Shown here: positions 21,404 through 35,000 of the stretch, in pieces
How the letters are laid out: the number at the start of each line of letters is the position of its first letter
Position numbering within the stretch: the stretch's first letter is position 1
Source of the DNA: Iphione sp. A-MEVVRFRX5
Lineage: Eukaryota
Direction of reading: 5' to 3'
Length of the DNA stretch: 64,000 nt
NCBI GenBank assembly: GCA_976226885.1
Contig: OZ320317.1
Span: 59,768,001-59,832,000 of the forward strand
Made by a program: the position numbers and the translations under genes
Notes under the pieces: generated by a model
What the model was told of the DNA's origin: nothing
Database searches by the model: none
Seen by the model: only the letters and a program-made list of their open reading frames with translations

Positions 21404-22072
21404 TATGTTACTGTACATGTACTGTACTATGTCTACAGTGTTTATCACCAGGTATGACTTTGGCACCCCACATAGCAGCATAAATATACAATTGTCATGA
21501 AATGATGTAAGCAACAAGATAACAATTTTGAAGGCAGGTCACTGCCCTCGTACCGATCGTCATAAAAGCTGACATCTACATGTCCATAATACTATTATAT
21601 CTAAGGATGAAAATGAACCTCTTTTTCATCTGCCCCTGGAGGCAGGCGTCTTCAATACTCTCATATGGCACCTTATTAGCCGCTGGAGGCGCGAGGCTGC
21701 GTCCCCCCCAACCAACCTTTTCCCCTTGCAATGTGGACGGGAAGCTATCCCGAATACCAAATGTTTGGCGGCCCTGGCAGATCTAGGCGTCGTCATGACA
21801 ACGCTATCTGTGCAAGATCTCTCGCCCACAGCACGCTGTATGATCGATGTCAGCGATCAAAGCCCTGGCAGGCGACATCAAAGTGGTCGTCATAGCAACA
21901 GATTAACGTTACCTTGGCGACATGTACCAGTGACACGGCGATCGTCAAACGGCGCTTTTTTCACGCTGTAGTCAGCAGTATTGATGAAGAAGACTTTTAT
22001 TTATAGATTCACGATAGGCCTGGATAGCAGACATGAAAATGTGTTTTATATAGTTATTAATACCATGCCCTG

Positions 22073-22205
22073 ATGAGTAAGAGATTGGGAGGGGGAGGGA
22101 GTGAGAGACAGAGAGAAAACAAGAGACGAGAAGAGGGGGAAAGGGAGAGGGGGGATAGAGAGAGGCAGAGAGACACACACAGGCAAAGAAAAACAGGCAG
22201 ACAAG
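22073..22205. repeat. Polypurine (GA-rich) low-complexity tract
   Basis: Directly visible. Confidence 0.85.
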
Positions 22206-22717
22206 AGACAGAGATTTTATGCTTGATAGGTATTATACATGCACATAAACATACACAATGGCAGGTATAAGTGCTAGATACTATCCATTCGATTGTTTAA
22301 AAAAAAGAACATACAAAACGTATATATAAATCTACCTTAATATCGATATAACTTAAGCCGCAATGCTACAAAAAATAAGACAAGGAGCTTAGGGAAGCAA
22401 TCAACTTCATATTAAACTGTCGGCAGCTCATGCATTGGCATTACATGGTGACATATAGGACCAAGAGTCCGGTACGACGAGGAAAGGGCGCGCCAACTCT
22501 CAGAGGTTCTCATCCTTCATCCACGAAGCGTGGACTAACATAGAAGGGCCGCGGCCACCCCTGGTCTGATCGTGAGCTAGCATCCTTAGTGCCTGTCACT
22601 TGCGGGCTTTAAACAAAGCATTGACAGGAGCGATGCGATAAATACCCCGCCGTCTGCCTCTTCCGGGGATAACCCGGAGACATCAAGTCGGACCCCCAGG
22701 ACTGGATGGTAGGTTAC

Positions 22718-22806
22718 CTGCCGTTTATAAGGGCAACACGATAGGGTGTGTTCCCTGATGACAGGCCATCGATCACGGTCGTCACTAGAGGGAGTATCGT
22801 CGGTGT
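22718..22806 (-). other. Candidate 89-nt spliced exon of unknown transcript
   Basis: Acceptor tgtgtgtgtcttctacag| and donor CAG|gtaacc. Two frames are open (TDDTPSSDDRDRWPVIREHTLSCCPYKRQ or TPTILPLVTTVIDGLSSGNTPYRVALING); neither is recognised. Confidence 0.22.
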
Positions 22807-25800
22807 CTGTAGAAGACACACACAGTAGGCGTCTACATGTAGGCAGTGACGCGGCTAAGGCAAGCCGCCAAGAAACTGCCCTCTGGAAGGCAGATAGGAC
22901 GGAGGCCGCAGCGGATTGTGAGACAAATAAAAACGAAGAAGGCCAACTGTATGTGTTTCAAAGGAATACATGCGTGAACTTTCTTTATACAGAAGGAGGC
23001 GCAGATAAAGAGGTAAAGGGCATTTACTCTCGAAGATGCGATGAATCCCTCCAGCTCTATTCATCTGCAGTGTATTCTTACATGAACTACATGTATTTCC
23101 CACACAATGTACAAATGTATTTACAAACTGTGTCGTAATTTTATCAAGCCATTTGTTATTAACAGCCGGCCTTGGGAACGTTTTAGGCCAGGAATGGATG
23201 AAAAAACGCCTCTGCGAGACAAAGAGGGTGTATTGAAAGTCAAGGTTGCGCACATATAAAACACAATGACACGTCCTTGCGTAAGGAAATCGGGTGACGG
23301 ATAACTGATTGAAGACTGGCACTCTCAAGGTAAAAACATTTGGATAAGGGAGGTTGGCGGAAAATCAACGTCAGAATACCCCCATCGACCACCCATTACC
23401 TTGTTGAAACTGCTCGCATATGTTTGGCAGGGATTCCCGAGCATAGAAATAACAAGTACGTGTACATGTACGTAACAACGTCCAGCGAAACGAAACTACA
23501 GAGCTCCATGTATTACGTCGAATGCTTTCTTTGATGCTTCTTGCCTGCATCAGTTTTATCGCTTACTATCAATTATATATAGTTCGTGCTCACTACGCGG
23601 AAGCTATTTCCATTATTGCTGCCGCATGAGGTGAGCCGAGCTTTAAAGTCACCGTGATGGCAACGAGGCGGTCGCCGTCAAAGTTCCAGGTGTCGCCTTA
23701 GGCAACTTTGCCACAGTCCCCTCCCGCTTCTGCACTAGCTCTGCTGCTCCCCAACCATGCAGACTCAGCGCCACCCCTCCTCCCCGGCAGACCTGGGTCG
23801 TCCATTACCCAGACTGACCTATATGGTACACGCTGACATTTGCCGTGATGACATCCAGCCCGTAATTGTTTCCACTATCGGTTTTCGCCAGTCTTTCAGT
23901 GCTAAGGGAGAAAACATGGCGCCGAGGGAACGCTGGTGGCAGAATACTCAGTAGAATGGCAGCACGTCGAGGCCAACCGTGGTGGCACACTGCTCACACA
24001 AACCCGACACACTAACCGCCGAAATACACGCACGACGTCCTGGGGCTGCATATAATTATATCTGGCAGAGAGAATGAAGACACTAGTGGGAGAATATTGG
24101 ACTCATATCGCTATATGTAAACATTTCCTCCTGTGAATGTGGAAACGGACGGCATACATGTACTACTTATAGTTTTTTTTCTGGACAAATAAGTGAAGTT
24201 ATATTGTAAACAGGGAATGGTTCAAAACTGATAATATCAAATACCATATGATTCTAGTGGTGAGCTTTACATAGGTCTACGGCATCAATAACTGACACCA
24301 TCACAAACGCCTGCTTTGGGAACGTGTCTGAAGAAAAGGAGATACATGTGCATATTTGTTGAGCAATCTTGGTTCCAATACAATAGACGAGGTTAGTTAA
24401 TGCACGTGGATTACAAATTACATGTTGACTTCTGTTGTTAGCTTGCACCTCTGTCTGACTGTAACCTTTTTAATGAATTATGTACGGTGTATTCGGAGAG
24501 CTAGTCATATGGATATGTGGATGTGTATGTTTATTTGTACTGTAACGGCAGCAGATTGAAAGTGTTTTTGAGTTGTCCATAAAGTACTGGAATACGAGCA
24601 ATGAAAGACTATTTCCAATACTTCCAATAGTGACATAAATAAATATTCCATGGCGCGAGCCTTGCCCCTTATCACCATTGCAAATTGCGCAGATGCCATA
24701 CGCATTTGGTATCCGAGACTGTAGATTCCATAAGTAACCACTAGGAGCAGGTAGGGCGTGGTTCAGACATAACCTTTTTCCCGGTACAAAGCAAAGGCTG
24801 GATATATTCCTTATCTAGTTCAAAAAAGACAAGCAATGCGACCTCTATAATTGTGTCTATGCTTTCGTATGCGTTATATATAAACTATAAAGAGAGCTAA
24901 ATAAAGTGTATGAAGAACAAACACAATATTGAACTGGCTATACAGTTCAGGCTCCATACCAGTCACATTCAATGATTCAAATCGAAATTAATTTAAAGCA
25001 GAGCTGTTTTATGAAAGTGGGTTGTCTGCGAACCACACAAATGTGGGCTGAAATACGTCTCAAGGTAAAGAAAAGATATTTTCTAAAAAATACGCCAAAT
25101 GATATGGACAAGTTTAAAATCAGCTGAGAAGAATAACATAGATGTATTATCGCCAAGAGAATATATGTATGTGTTTTTGTAGTAGGGTACTTTAAAACTG
25201 TATGTAGTGGAATTGTCAAACAAAACCCAATGTCAGGAATCTAGTTCAATAAGAATGGCTTTTATTTCTGAATATTACAGTTCTGCTCAACGTTTCGGTT
25301 GATTTTATCCTTATTCGGGAGCACTGTTTTTCCTTTTTTCCTTTAAATTTGTTCATGAAGCGTTTTGTAATGATTTGTGGTGCAATGATTGAATAACCTG
25401 GATATTCATTTGTGCTGTGGCTATGTATTTTTATTTATGTTACGCTGATCTAAATGTTCACGGTACACTGCGCACAGCGTACTCATCTGTATGAACATGC
25501 CTTTTTGAGTGACATTCGAGTCCAGACAATCACAGCACATCCTCTCAAAAGGTGGGAAATTCAAGCATAGACAAACAAAGCTGTCTAGAATGGGAGTCAA
25601 TGGGAAGTTTGGAATTTTGTGGTCATATTACAGTTAGAACTATTTCCTTTTGGCAACAGAAAGGATATACATCAACAATGATAACCAGCAAATTTGGTAT
25701 TTTTCAGTCAAATAGTTCCTAAGATGCAGGGGCTAAAAGTGGAGTATTTAGCATTAGAGAGGCCTAGGAAGCAAACAGCTTGTCTATGTTGGATGCACGT

Positions 25801-28800
25801 AGCAGGAACGCTTCTGGATAGGAGGAGTTATCATCCAAAAAGTGATCGGCCAATTGCAGTTAACAAAAGGAAACGACAATAAATGCTTTAGACATTGTGT
25901 AATACTGACATCGGGAGACCGACAGTACGAAGAACTGCATGCAATTTGCTAAACAGACTGAGCGATCAAATAAAAGTAGAATCACAGATGGCAAAACAAT
26001 TTTTAAGAAGCGTTATAAATACAGTTTGTACTACGTGCATTTACCGTCACGTTCACCCTCTTCTCAACCTCGGTGTATGCAGCAAACAGAAGAGACGAGT
26101 ATGAAAATGCTGAATGGTACTGGCACTCAATGCCTTGTTTTCACTAGGTTAACAGCTGCAATGGAGTTTCGGGAAAAGACACAAGGGTTGGCCTATTAAG
26201 TAGTATGCAGGAGACCTAGTACAGGCCGAAGAAGGCCAACACGAGTGCACCACACCCATCTACGTCACCGACCTTGGAATCACATACATACGTAGACACA
26301 CATCCTTCAATTCATATCCATCCGCACACAATACACATTACCCACAGATCCAAAAGCTAACACAAACATATTGTCAGTCGGTGTATCTGATCTGGTGTTT
26401 GTGTCTCCAGACTGTGTTCTTGAAGTAATCTCAGTTTTTTGTAGGCATGGTGTAGGCATGGTGTACGTAAACCAACTCGATCTCCACTGGCTGCATCCAA
26501 CTGGTTGCAGAGTTAGATCTGTATTCTCAAATGCAAGCATATTAGACTTTGGCCCAATGCACCTGTAGATTCAGTGATAGCAACCATAGACGTGAAGTTA
26601 TAGGGACAGAGACAAACCTGGGCAAAACCGATACTGTTATAATATAAGAATAATATGATTTTAATATGGATACGTGTACGTGCACATAAATTATGGCTAT
26701 CAGCGCAGCTACAGGACATGTAAATACATAAAAATGAAGTAATAAATTGAAGACTTTTTTCTCGGAATATTTTTTTCTTTTTTGTGCTTTACACGTTAAA
26801 CAGTAACGGCAAGCAACATATTGTGAAAGCTGATATAACGCCGACAAGAGCTTAATTAGATAAGAATCCCTCTCCATGGCTTATCATGTGATACAATGCG
26901 CTCTCTCTGCCGGCTGCTGCTGGTTCTTCCTCCAAAAGGAACGTATGGATTACTGATTATTCTATCGGGAAATGTCTCCGTAACAAGCCCGGGCTAAGAT
27001 GGTTGATCTCCAGGTCAAAAAAGACGACATCTCGGCAATAGCATGCCGTGTCTATTGAGGGGCGTGGAAGGAATTCGCTGTGAGTGTTTGAATCGCGCTA
27101 GGTCAGCATGTCAAAACAGTGACATCACGGACGAGGGAGGCTGACTAAAGTGGACCGGACAGTATTCATGAAATTCATAATGCCCTTCCGCTTTTGCACC
27201 GTGGTATACATAGGCGCCAATATGGTCCGTTGTTTTAGTGCCATCTCCCGTCTATGTCACCCAAGCCTTATGGAGGTGTTTGTCACACGTTCAATGGCGC
27301 CTTGTTCTCCCGCTAGTGCAGTATACTATCAGACCGAAAAATCGCCTAAAGTCGCCTATCTTCTTCACTCTCAGTCTGGCCTGGCACAAATGACAAGCAC
27401 TTGTGTTTGTGCTATACGTGTTTAAGCATTAAGTGCTGGACGTAATCAGCGAATCATTCTGAACTCAACTGCTGAATCAGCCCATTTGAGTGTATCTAGC
27501 TATGCAACCACATTAATCGCGTACAGGATTTTCAATACATACATTAATCAGCGCACTCAATCTTGTTTGAATGGAGATATGAAGTGTCTGTTTTTTTCCT
27601 ACAACATAGTCATTACGGGAAAAAAAGATACAATGAAGCAAGCTGCTACCAGCCCGTCGTTGTATGTTTCATGAGGCGAAAGGCAGGCAATAAGCAAGTT
27701 ATGCAAATAAGGTGGAGTATGCAGAAGACTGGGAAGGAGAGATCAGTCGGGGTGTTAGGGTCAGGGTATGGTGTTAGGTAGAGAAGTTCCTGAATAAGGT
27801 GGTCCAGGCGGATGGACCGCACAAGAAAGCTGCCTGCAGGAGGCCATGACTGTGTTTGTTTCTGAACTTGTACTAATGTCAGTGGTCCAGCAGTTCCATA
27901 GTTGGTTTAACCTTGCTGGCTCCGGCTGTGGCCGTGCGGCATCAGGGTGTTAGGAATAAAAAAAAACACTCCAACAATTTCTGAGTGGCCTAGAAGGTGG
28001 GTGGGGTTCCAAAAGAGTTCCTCTATGCTATATTGAAACATTGGACAGGAATGTTACGGGAGGGGGGACGGTCTGCCAGGCAGAGCAACAGTTTCCGGGC
28101 CCGCAGTAGGAAGTGGCAGTCCATCTACCCTTGCTGCTGGTAAAGTAAGCGCTCGGTCAGTTGGTCGGCTGGTCTGTCCATCTTGGTGTGGTTGGTTGGT
28201 CGGTCCGTGGGCGATGAGGGGGTCGAGGAGGGCAGCACGCTCTGTCCTTCATCACCCCGACGGCCGTGGCGGCCGCGGAGGCCGTGGACAGATTCATCAT
28301 AACTTTACCGACTTTTACTGATGAGGCCCGCCCCGCTCACCGACCGACCCCTCACCCCGCCGCCGCCGACCACATGACCAGGGCAGGCAGCAGCTGGACC
28401 AATCAGGCAGCAGCTGAAGGTAGGAGGTCGAGCGGACGCAGGTTGAACTGACACGACGATGGGTATACATTGTGCAGGAATTGGTGAATGAGTTAAGAGC
28501 CTGGTTATTGGCCGTCGGAGGGCGCTCCGGTGGCTTTGACGTACAACAGAGCCCTTTATCGCCCAGTTCTCGTCCCCTTGTACCACTACACGTCGACAGG
28601 ACACACGACCAAGCAGCCCTAACTACTCACGCAGATCGTGACGGCGCTAGGACGCTATCACGTTCCTACCGACTCGAACGGTCCCACAACTAGAGAAACC
28701 ATTCATTATTTGTACAAAACATGACTGACCGTATGACTGAGGCATTGTCCCGTAGGAGAAACGATAGAGAGAGAAAACACTGTACGGAGAAAGGGGCGGG

Positions 28801-28862
28801 TATAGGCGGCTAGAGGGAAAATCGAATGCTATGAAATGAAGATAAAGCTCAAATAAAAACTA

Positions 28863-29044
28863 CAGTAGAAAGTCCCTAATCAGGACACCATTGGTTCTTG
28901 CTCGAAGTGTCCCTAATTGAGATGTGTCCCTATAAGAGACTTCTTCCAAAATGTATATCAAATAAAATCTGTTCTTCACAAAAGTGTCCCTAATAGAGAC
29001 CTATTTTCTTATTGCAGACGTCTCCTTTAGGTGGCTTTCCACTG
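28863..29044. mobile_element. Tc1/mariner-pogo-like MITE, 182 bp
   Basis: Imperfect TIRs CAGTAGAAAGTCCCTAA / TTAGGTGGCTTTCCACTG with TA flanks; internal GTGTCCCTA(A) repeats. Confidence 0.78.
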
Positions 29045-32000
29045 TATATGTGAGAACAAATGGAGAAATGGATAAGAATTAGACTTATGTGTGTAATATG
29101 AGTCGGACGACAAAGGACTGTAGTAGGCTAGTGGAGCAAACATACATGTGATTAATCATGGAGAAAAGGTAGGTAGCGAAGACGAATAACCTCTCAGAGA
29201 AAACAGGCCGTGATAGGAGGGAAGAGAAGGGGTAGTTGGGAAAGGATCGATGGGGCATGGATGCCCATCCCACAGGAGATGGAAAGAGTGCACTTGCTGC
29301 TCTGTCAACAAGCAGGCCTGGAGTATGTCAACCATCGTCTTGAGTACCCATCCCTAACAAGTGGCGCCCTGGTCGCTTCAGTTGATGTATCTATGTGCTG
29401 GAGAAAGATGTGGGGTGAGCGGAGAGGGAAATTGCAAAAGAAATATAGTTCTATACATAAAAAGGTGGTCTCCATGCTTTGAGCAACTGAAGAGGGAATA
29501 GGGGAGGGCCGTTGAGGGTAGTAACACATTCGTAGGAGAGCAGGCGCCTCCGGGTACTTGGGAACAACACCATCTCACTCGAGCACAGTTAGTGCTTCTC
29601 CAGACATCGCCCCACCATCAAAAACCTATCCCTTCATTTTAACCGACATACCACCTCGAAATGTGTTTTCACTTCCATGCCCTAAGCTGCGGGCGTCTGC
29701 CTTTCTTCTTTCGCTAGCTCCTCCCGGCGAACGCTATCTTGGACTGGAGGCACAGATCCTTGCATCAAGTCAACCCTCTGGCTGGTGCTCTCTCTCCACG
29801 GTATGACGCAGCTATTTATGTTACCATGGGAACCACACCGGGCCATGCTCTGCCTCGTGTCATCCCCTGTCGAACTATGACCCTAGCCCGACCTTTGACC
29901 TGCTCAGATAATAATGACGTGTTGCAGGCCGCGCCGAGGCACCGGCACGGACCTCCAGTGTAGTGAACCGGGGGGAAGACGATGTTGAGATGTGTGTGTG
30001 TGTGTGTCGGCTCTGTGTAACAAGAATGCAACGTGCACCTCTTGAAGAGCATCAATCACAAGAGCAGCTCCCGGGCCGAGCTGCTCTCCTCCGACTCCTC
30101 CGGCATCCGTCACTTCTTCGTCTTGCCTGGGACTTTGATCATGAAAAGAATGGGATGAAAAGACGCGTCTCTTTATCGAAAGACGACGTGGTCCGGTTTG
30201 TCGGTACGCAGCGTACACAGGAACCAACATCTGACATTGGATGAGTGTCAAGTCTTCCCACCTAGCAGGCACTAGTTTTTCCTAGCCTGCAGACCCCTCT
30301 CATCCGTACCGCTACTGTTCCCTACCTTTTCATCCACCCCTTGTGTGTGCGCTCCATAAATGCAAATCAGAGCTTATCTTGCTACCTGCTTCCCTGTGTG
30401 CTGCCTTGACAGCTGTCTCTGATGTCATGGCCATGCATATTATTCCTCTGACAGTAAGGGAAATGCACCTGGGTGTTTGCCATGCTAGTAATTCCTTCGT
30501 TGGCACCCACGTCACCTTTGTCCTCAGACATGGTCATCCCCTTCCCTAATCAAGTATGTCCAAGAGAAGCAATGAATATCCTCAATAAGAAACCAATCAA
30601 CTCTAGAAGTAAACCTAGCATAAAGTACTACACGCTGATCTGAGAACACAATGTTCAAAATCCCTGTTTCAGGCAAGCTTTCCTGTAGTTTTTCCCACTT
30701 AAGAATACATGTGCTTATATTACAAGAACTTGCTTCATTACATTTTATTTTCGGTTAGAGTATAACATAATACTTAAGGTTTATCTGTACGCAGACGCTG
30801 TTATCTGAAAACATGTACTGAAAAAATGCATGTAGGCCTATATCTGTGTGTACGCAGCTCTGTTTCTGTAATACGAGTGAAAACCTTCAAAATAAGAAAA
30901 GCCAAAGGGAATTAATGTATGTGTATGTTGATTCTATAATTAAAGTCATATTTATACAATACGTAACATGCATGAATATTGTTAGTTCTGTAAAATGAAC
31001 AAATCCTTTGAGATACATATCTGATATTCGTCCGTATGTTCCTTTTGGAGTGTGATAATGATTTTTAAGGTAACATTACCAAAACCTTGTTATTCTAGAA
31101 CTGTTAAACGAACATTATTTACCTTCGTCGTTCAAGAGATTACAGCAATAGGAATCAGTGCTGTCCACCAGAAGCTGATCACTACAAAAATATACAGTAA
31201 TGTCACTTCTATTTCTTCGCGATAAATCGCCTTTCTGTAAAGTCAGACACGCTGGTGGACCAGAAGCAAGACTACATCCGACATCTACTCGACAATTACT
31301 TTGTTCTTGTTTCTAGAGAACACTTACACATCGATTTCAACAACCTAAAAGGATACCTGAAAGCGTATATTGATGGAAATAGCAATTGAACATTCCCGAC
31401 GCGTGCACACTGATAGTGAGAGTTGAGATTGCCTGAGGCAAAGGCCTTTCTCCTCCCTGCCCACGTGGAGTTCTATATACTACTTATTGTGGAGACGCCG
31501 TTTGTATGTACAGGGAAACATAAAAACCGTAGCTTGTTACAGATAAAGACAAAGTTGCTGGAAATGTGCCGCTGCACACAATTACTGCAAACTAAGTGTC
31601 ACGTACGACTCTTAGATTAGGCCCACTCTTCGCAATACAAGCGGCACAATTAGTAACTGCACTGGATGAAGAGGATGTTTTCACTATGGCACTGGGATTG
31701 CCCTGGAGGCCAGTAACAGGTAGAAGTTAACATCATCAGATTGAATTAACCCAGCATAATCTAAGCACTGTCGTCCTTGGCAGGTGGTAGCCGGGTACAG
31801 CCGACTAAATAACCGCAGCTCACCGGAGGTCGTCAGGAGTGGGCGGTGATGCCAATAGGTGAGTGGAATGCCTATTGTCGGAGCGGCCAATACATGTACA
31901 TGTTAACTGCCACCAAACAACACTGACATGAGTACACATGTACATTTTCCTACCTCTGCCTGTACCTGCTGGCTGCTGGGAAGTACATGTAGGTGCATTT

Positions 32001-35000
32001 CTGTCTATGTACGTTAGAGACGCCTTAGTACGGTAGGCTGTCTTCAAATGCAGCAATCTTCTTGGTGGGAGAGATAGGGGGAAAAGAGAAAAAGAATAAA
32101 ACTGAAGGGCGTTGGTGTAATTATAGTATGAGTCTTTCATTGGCGATATGGAAGGCTGTATAGGTATGTGGGTGGCGGTGTATTGTTTCTCTGACTGGCC
32201 ATCGATGGGTCTGTCTTACTGTGTGCCTCTGTCTGACTGTCTGTCAGTGAACGCCAGGGCCCTGAGGGTGGCACTGGGCCAGGAGAATGTCAATACATTA
32301 TCGCCCCGCTCAGACTGTCACTACCAGCGGCGTCAATAATATTAAAGCCCTTCTGATGGGGCGTAGAAGTCACTGCTTTCAGCCCGAGATGGCGCTCTAG
32401 CCTGACCAGGCCACTGGCCTCTCGACTCGTCTAGTAAATAGCTCGATCTGTAGAAGGGCAGATAAGATTATCACCACGATAGGGTAAGATACATCTAGTT
32501 GGCGCTTCCACGGGGGACTATTTCGGGGCACAATTTAAGGGAAAGTGAGCGCATAAAGGAATATATTTGCATACGGGCAAATGGGATAGTGTGGGGATGT
32601 ATGGAGACGTACCGTAGTGACGGCACGTTTTCAACTCACTGAATCATCCTGCACACGATATTAGGATGACAAAACGTCAGGCAAACCGTGTGCACTGATG
32701 ACCGGAAAAAATAAGAACTTGAAGCGAGTTATGCATATTCATAAGCGATGGCAGCGAGACATATTCCGCCTATAGTCGGACGATTGTTCATTTATCCGTC
32801 ATAGTGGCGTTTGCGCTGTCGTTATTCAGAATGGTGCTAGGCAGAGGTGTAAGGAGAGGAGGCGGCCCCTACCGACTGCCTGGTCAGGCGGTGCGATCTG
32901 TGACGGCTGCCAGTCCCGACCGCCATTATGCATGCGAACAGCCGGCGTGGGGGCCGCCCCGGGGCCACCGCCCACCACCCAAGCCCGATATGGATCCACC
33001 TATTTCCATGCATCGATCTCGGCTCGGGCCGCCTGATCCATATCAAGATATTGTCATCAACCCGAGGGCGGCGAGTGGCTAGCGCCTGCCGGTAGTGGAG
33101 GTGCATGGCGGCGGGAGAGGTGATGGCGGTGGAGCCGGTAGTGGTATGCCGGCGGTGGTGCTGGTGTGTTCGGGCCGTCATCGGCTGCCGGTCACCGACA
33201 GCCCGACGCCCTGGACATCCCGCCCGCTACCCGCTGACCCCACCTACTCTAGCCCCCCCCCCCCACTCCACCATTTACTCTCCGTCCCTGACCGACCATC
33301 TTCCTCTATCTCGTGCAACCTATCGGCCCATCTACCCCCTCTCCTTACTCTCCTACTACCTAGCCCGCCACCAGCTACCAAGACCAGAGAGGATAAGATA
33401 ATTTTCGCATGAAATTTGTCGGGATTCCTTCTCCGGACACCACTTGACTCGGCGTCAATGTGATTAGCAAATCCAATTGCTCTTCCTGATCAGGGCCGTC
33501 TGTTGCCAGGAGGTGAAAGACGGCTATTCTATGCCGGGCCTTGCGGGGATTCAGCCCCAATAGCCTGTGAGGCGCACAAAAGGGTAAAAGGGACTATGGC
33601 ACTGGCCACAAACAGGCCGCAATCAATTGGGATTTAACCATTGGCGATGACCTGCACATCACCTTGATGCAATTAGAGCTTTAATCTTTGCTTCTAGTAC
33701 GACTTAGCCCGTTGCTCTAGCGGTATGCGCGGTTGTCTTGTTGCAGAAAAAGAAAGAAGAACTGCTCTCAAGAGCAGACAACATAGATGACAAGGCATAC
33801 AACTGCTTCGTGCCCTCCAGGCGCGCGCCGCGTCCTCTCGCCACCCCGCAAGGCGGCCTATCGCAGCGCCCCTCAGCGCCACACTGCAACAGCACGACAG
33901 CGGAAGACACTTGCACCCCATGAACCCAACCGATTCGGCGGGTAGGTCTGATTGGGCAGCTCACAGAGCCGCTCTCGGCCCGGCTCGCCAAAGCCCTCTG
34001 GTGCCCAAGGGTCCCAGTCTGTGCAAACAGATGTTGGACCTTGTCGTGTGCGCTCGCTGCAACATGGCCGCCTCAGGCCAGAAGAAAAGTGGGGGAAAAA
34101 AACGTTAGGTGCCAGATAATAGGCATTGGATGCAAGGGGCACAGGGAGGAGGTGGACGCGGGGAAAGGCGGTGAAGAAAATAACGAGCAAACAGCTCTGT
34201 GGTCCATTTACGTTAAAGATGAATTGAAGGGAATCATCACGGACGGTGAGACGTTATAGCCCGAAACTTTCCAGATATCGGCAGTTTAGTACTGAGCCTA
34301 TGTTCAAGTGATTTTTTTTAAATGAAAGTGTACCCCTGTATTTCTGAGGCCTGTTCAATAGAAGGTACTTGCTAGGTCACAGCTCTTCTCCATAAAACAC
34401 AATCTGCCTGCAGCTACTTTGTCGGGCACTGATGCTAGTGACGTCATACTGCGGGGGTTTCCGATGGAAAAATTTCCATTTTAGACATCTCTTATTTTTT
34501 AACGCAGGTTATGATATAAATAAACAAGAGAAGAAAACGATGTAACGATTGAAAAATATGAATGTATGCTCTGTGTGATAAGAGCTCAGTGATTCAATAT
34601 GTTTATACATCATGCTTCAGCTGTGCCAGACATTTCCATTTAGTAGAAAAGAGAGACAAACATATTTGCGGTGGTCATAAATCTCATTGTTATTGGGTGC
34701 TCTAAATATGTTCCGTAACGTCGGTCATGAAAGTAAATTTTCTGCTAAAAATTATTCTTTCCATATCTCCGTTGAGAAAATAGGCCGTCGTCAAAAACTA
34801 GGACTCTGTGTACTACCTTTATGAATTTTTACATTCGTATAGGAACATCCATACATTTACATGTTTATAACGTAGTTTTAAAACACAATCCACGGTGCTC
34901 ATTTGGTCTGCACGATGCTCCGTATTCACCATCATAATGCAGAACGCAAACCTCTTAAAAGAACCAAAATCTACGGCTTACTTCGGTTCCTGCACTTAGT

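Noticed and set aside
24480-24740. Open minus frame with CAICNGDK (nuclear-receptor-like) and IGSIGNSLSLLVF (GPCR TM1-like)
   Set aside because: There is no second Cys pair and no TM2 (LAxxD) downstream; most likely coincidence.
25275-25325. Penelope-type hammerhead-like remnant (minus ...CCGAAACGTTG)
   Set aside because: The CUGAUGA core is not preserved (CCGAAUA). It is at most a degenerate fossil and no Penelope ORF lies nearby.
28317-28350. CTGATGAGGCC hammerhead-like start
   Set aside because: No stem II closure or GAAA follows.
31683-31705. TATGGCACTGG match to the miR-183 5' end
   Set aside because: The match ends after 11 nt and there is no precursor hairpin. No other conserved miRNA was recognised.
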